From a virus (lineage: Duplodnaviria > Caudoviricetes): DNA of 26,405 nucleotides. This document shows positions 24,981 through 26,405 of this stretch, piece by piece. Every line of letters starts with the position of its first letter. Position 1 is the stretch's first letter. The DNA lies in the IMG/VR virus record IMGVR_UViG_3300020045_004608, positions 1 to 26,405 of that record, one strand, 5' to 3'. The position numbers and the translations under genes were made by a program. The notes beneath the pieces are model-generated. The model saw only the letters and a list, made by a program, of their open reading frames with translations. It was not told where the DNA came from and made no database searches.

Positions 24981-25544
24981 ATGAATAATGGAGCAGAGGC
25001 AGTCAAGGAAGTAGTCTCAAGCATCAAGGTGGTGGAGTCCATTTACCGCGTAGATCGCCCCGTATTCAAGGACGTGACCATTGACCGCCCCGTGTTCAAA
25101 GACAAGGTGGTAGAGGTGCCAGTGGGCATCGAGGCTCTCATCACGGAGCTGGTTGATACCATTGCGTCTAGAGTCCTAATCAAGCTGGATGAGAAGCTAG
25201 CCAAGGCCATTGATGAGCGCATCTCAACCATCAAGGCTCCCAAGGTCATAGAGGAAGTCTCTGTGGTCTACAAGGAAGTGCTGTTGGATAAGCCCATCTA
25301 CAAGGATGTGGAGGTCTCCCGCCCTGTCTATGTGGACAAGGAGATACTCAACCCCATCATCAAGGATGTGCCCGTCATCAATGCCAAGATAGAGGACGTA
25401 ACAGTCATCAATGCGGTGCTCCAAGACCGCGTGGTGATTAACCCCAAGTTTGAGGACGTAGTCATTCAAAAGCCCAAGTTTGTAGACAAAGAGGTCACGG
25501 TCATCAGCCTGAAGTACGTTGATATGAAGGGGAATCCAGAGTGA
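24981..25544 (+). CDS. Val/Pro-rich 10-residue-repeat protein (alveolin/IMCp-like composition)
   Basis: Repeats YRVDRPVFKD/VTIDRPVFKD and VLLDKPIYKD/VEVSRPVYVD/KEILNPIIKD/VPVINAKIED/VTVINAVLQD/RVVINPKFED/VVIQKPKFVD. Confidence 0.7.
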   Translation: MNNGAEAVKEVVSSIKVVESIYRVDRPVFKDVTIDRPVFKDKVVEVPVGIEALITELVDTIASRVLIKLDEKLAKAIDERISTIKAPKVIEEVSVVYKEVLLDKPIYKDVEVSRPVYVDKEILNPIIKDVPVINAKIEDVTVINAVLQDRVVINPKFEDVVIQKPKFVDKEVTVISLKYVDMKGNPE

Positions 25545-25870
25545 GCTTACCCCAAGTCATTGATGTGAAGCATGGGGTGATTGATGCGGCTAGCTCTGGG
25601 GATAACACCCTGAAGGCCGCAGTGAGTGGCAAGAGAATACTTGTAACGTCCTTGGTGCTTGTCTCAGCCGGTACGGTCAACGTGCGCTTTGAGTCAGGCG
25701 CAGGCGGCACAGCCCTCACCGGCCAAATCAACCTCATTGCCAACACCGGATTCTCCCTTAACTACAATGAGTATGGGTGGTTCGTGACGGCTAAGGATGA
25801 GCTACTGAACATGGAGCTGTCTGGAGCTATCTCAGTTGATGGATGTTTTAGTTTTCGTGAAATTGACTAA
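25541..25870 (+). CDS. small beta-sandwich putative virion protein
   Basis: G/S/A-rich 109 aa; GTGA overlap. Confidence 0.6.
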   Translation: MSLPQVIDVKHGVIDAASSGDNTLKAAVSGKRILVTSLVLVSAGTVNVRFESGAGGTALTGQINLIANTGFSLNYNEYGWFVTAKDELLNMELSGAISVDGCFSFREID

Positions 25871-25879
25871 GGAGAATTT

Positions 25880-26119
25880 ATGAAATACAAAATATTATCA
25901 GCCGTTGCTAAGGACGATACCATCTTTACAAATGTAGAGTACGACATTGATGGAAAGATTGTTGTTGTGTCAGTACCGCACTTTCAACCTGAAAACAAAG
26001 ATGAAGTGCTTCAAGGGATTGTGAATAGGGTCTACTCTGAGGATAGAAAGTTAGACTGCTCTCAGGTCTGTGAAGCAATTGTTGGAGAGATAGAGTTGAA
26101 TAAGGACGTAACTATCTAA
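25880..26119 (+). CDS. hypothetical acidic protein, possible tail-fibre assembly factor
   Basis: SD TAAGGAG; 79 aa; AT-richer than its neighbours. Confidence 0.6.
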   Translation: MKYKILSAVAKDDTIFTNVEYDIDGKIVVVSVPHFQPENKDEVLQGIVNRVYSEDRKLDCSQVCEAIVGEIELNKDVTI

Positions 26120-26120
26120 T

Positions 26121-26405
26121 ATGGCAAACCGCTACTTCATCAATGGCGGTGTGAACGATAACTGGGGCACGACAGGAAACTGGTCGCTTACATCCGGTGG
26201 CACAGGCGGCGAAGCTGTACCCACTGCGAGTGACGATGTTTTCCTTGATGGAAACTCCCCAGCATGTGATGTAGACGCCTCTGCCCGCGTTGCCAAGACG
26301 CTCAACTTCACTGGGTACACCGACACCATCACCATGAATCAACAAATTACCGTGAGCGGTAGTGTGACACTGGTAAGTGCTATGACAATTGCAGGGTCGG
26401 GAGCG
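26121..26405 (+). CDS. beta-helix/autotransporter-passenger-like tail protein, 3'-truncated by the window edge
   Basis: Translated by hand: MANRYFINGGVNDNWGTTGNWSLTSGGTGGEAVPTASDDVFLDGNSPAC...; the NW-x4-NWS...VP-x3-DDVF signature is typical of beta-solenoid adhesins. The frame is open to the window end. Confidence 0.7.
   Translation, partial: MANRYFINGGVNDNWGTTGNWSLTSGGTGGEAVPTASDDVFLDGNSPACDVDASARVAKTLNFTGYTDTITMNQQITVSGSVTLVSAMTIAGSGA

Noticed and set aside
1-26405. tRNA, rRNA, CRISPR array, integrase/IS, DGR, intron/intein or stop-codon reassignment
   Set aside because: I saw no cloverleaf, spaced repeat array, recombinase, reverse transcriptase or split core gene. TAA, TAG and TGA all terminate full-length genes. 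A by-eye scan could miss short RNAs.

Overview
The window is a piece of a tailed dsDNA phage genome (podovirus-like gene order, standard code 11). No host or lifestyle can be assigned from it. 1-1804 holds small + strand genes: a 5'-truncated SleB-type cell-wall hydrolase, an HNH nuclease and several hypothetical ORFs. 1782-2282 is a short, translationally coupled minus-strand mini-operon, followed by a non-coding stretch with five G-tracts and direct/inverted repeats (2310-2600). From 2610 to the end is one tightly coupled + strand morphogenesis operon: a protein resembling the CysRS anticodon-binding domain, large terminase, portal, scaffold, major capsid protein, a likely decoration protein, adaptor, a nozzle with a LamG insertion, a C1q fibre, a GNAT-like protein, three likely ejection proteins and further tail proteins. 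The main anomaly is a 6.3 kb, nine-gene glycan-building cassette (10528-16788) between the capsid and adaptor genes. It encodes an NDP-sugar C-methyltransferase, two GT9 glycosyltransferases each followed by a degenerate Zn-ribbon methyltransferase, a CmcI-family O-methyltransferase with no canonical start codon, a GT2 and two micro-ORFs. My inference is a virion (protein) glycosylation system that builds a C- and O-methylated glycan. All family calls come from motifs recognised by eye; no searches were run.
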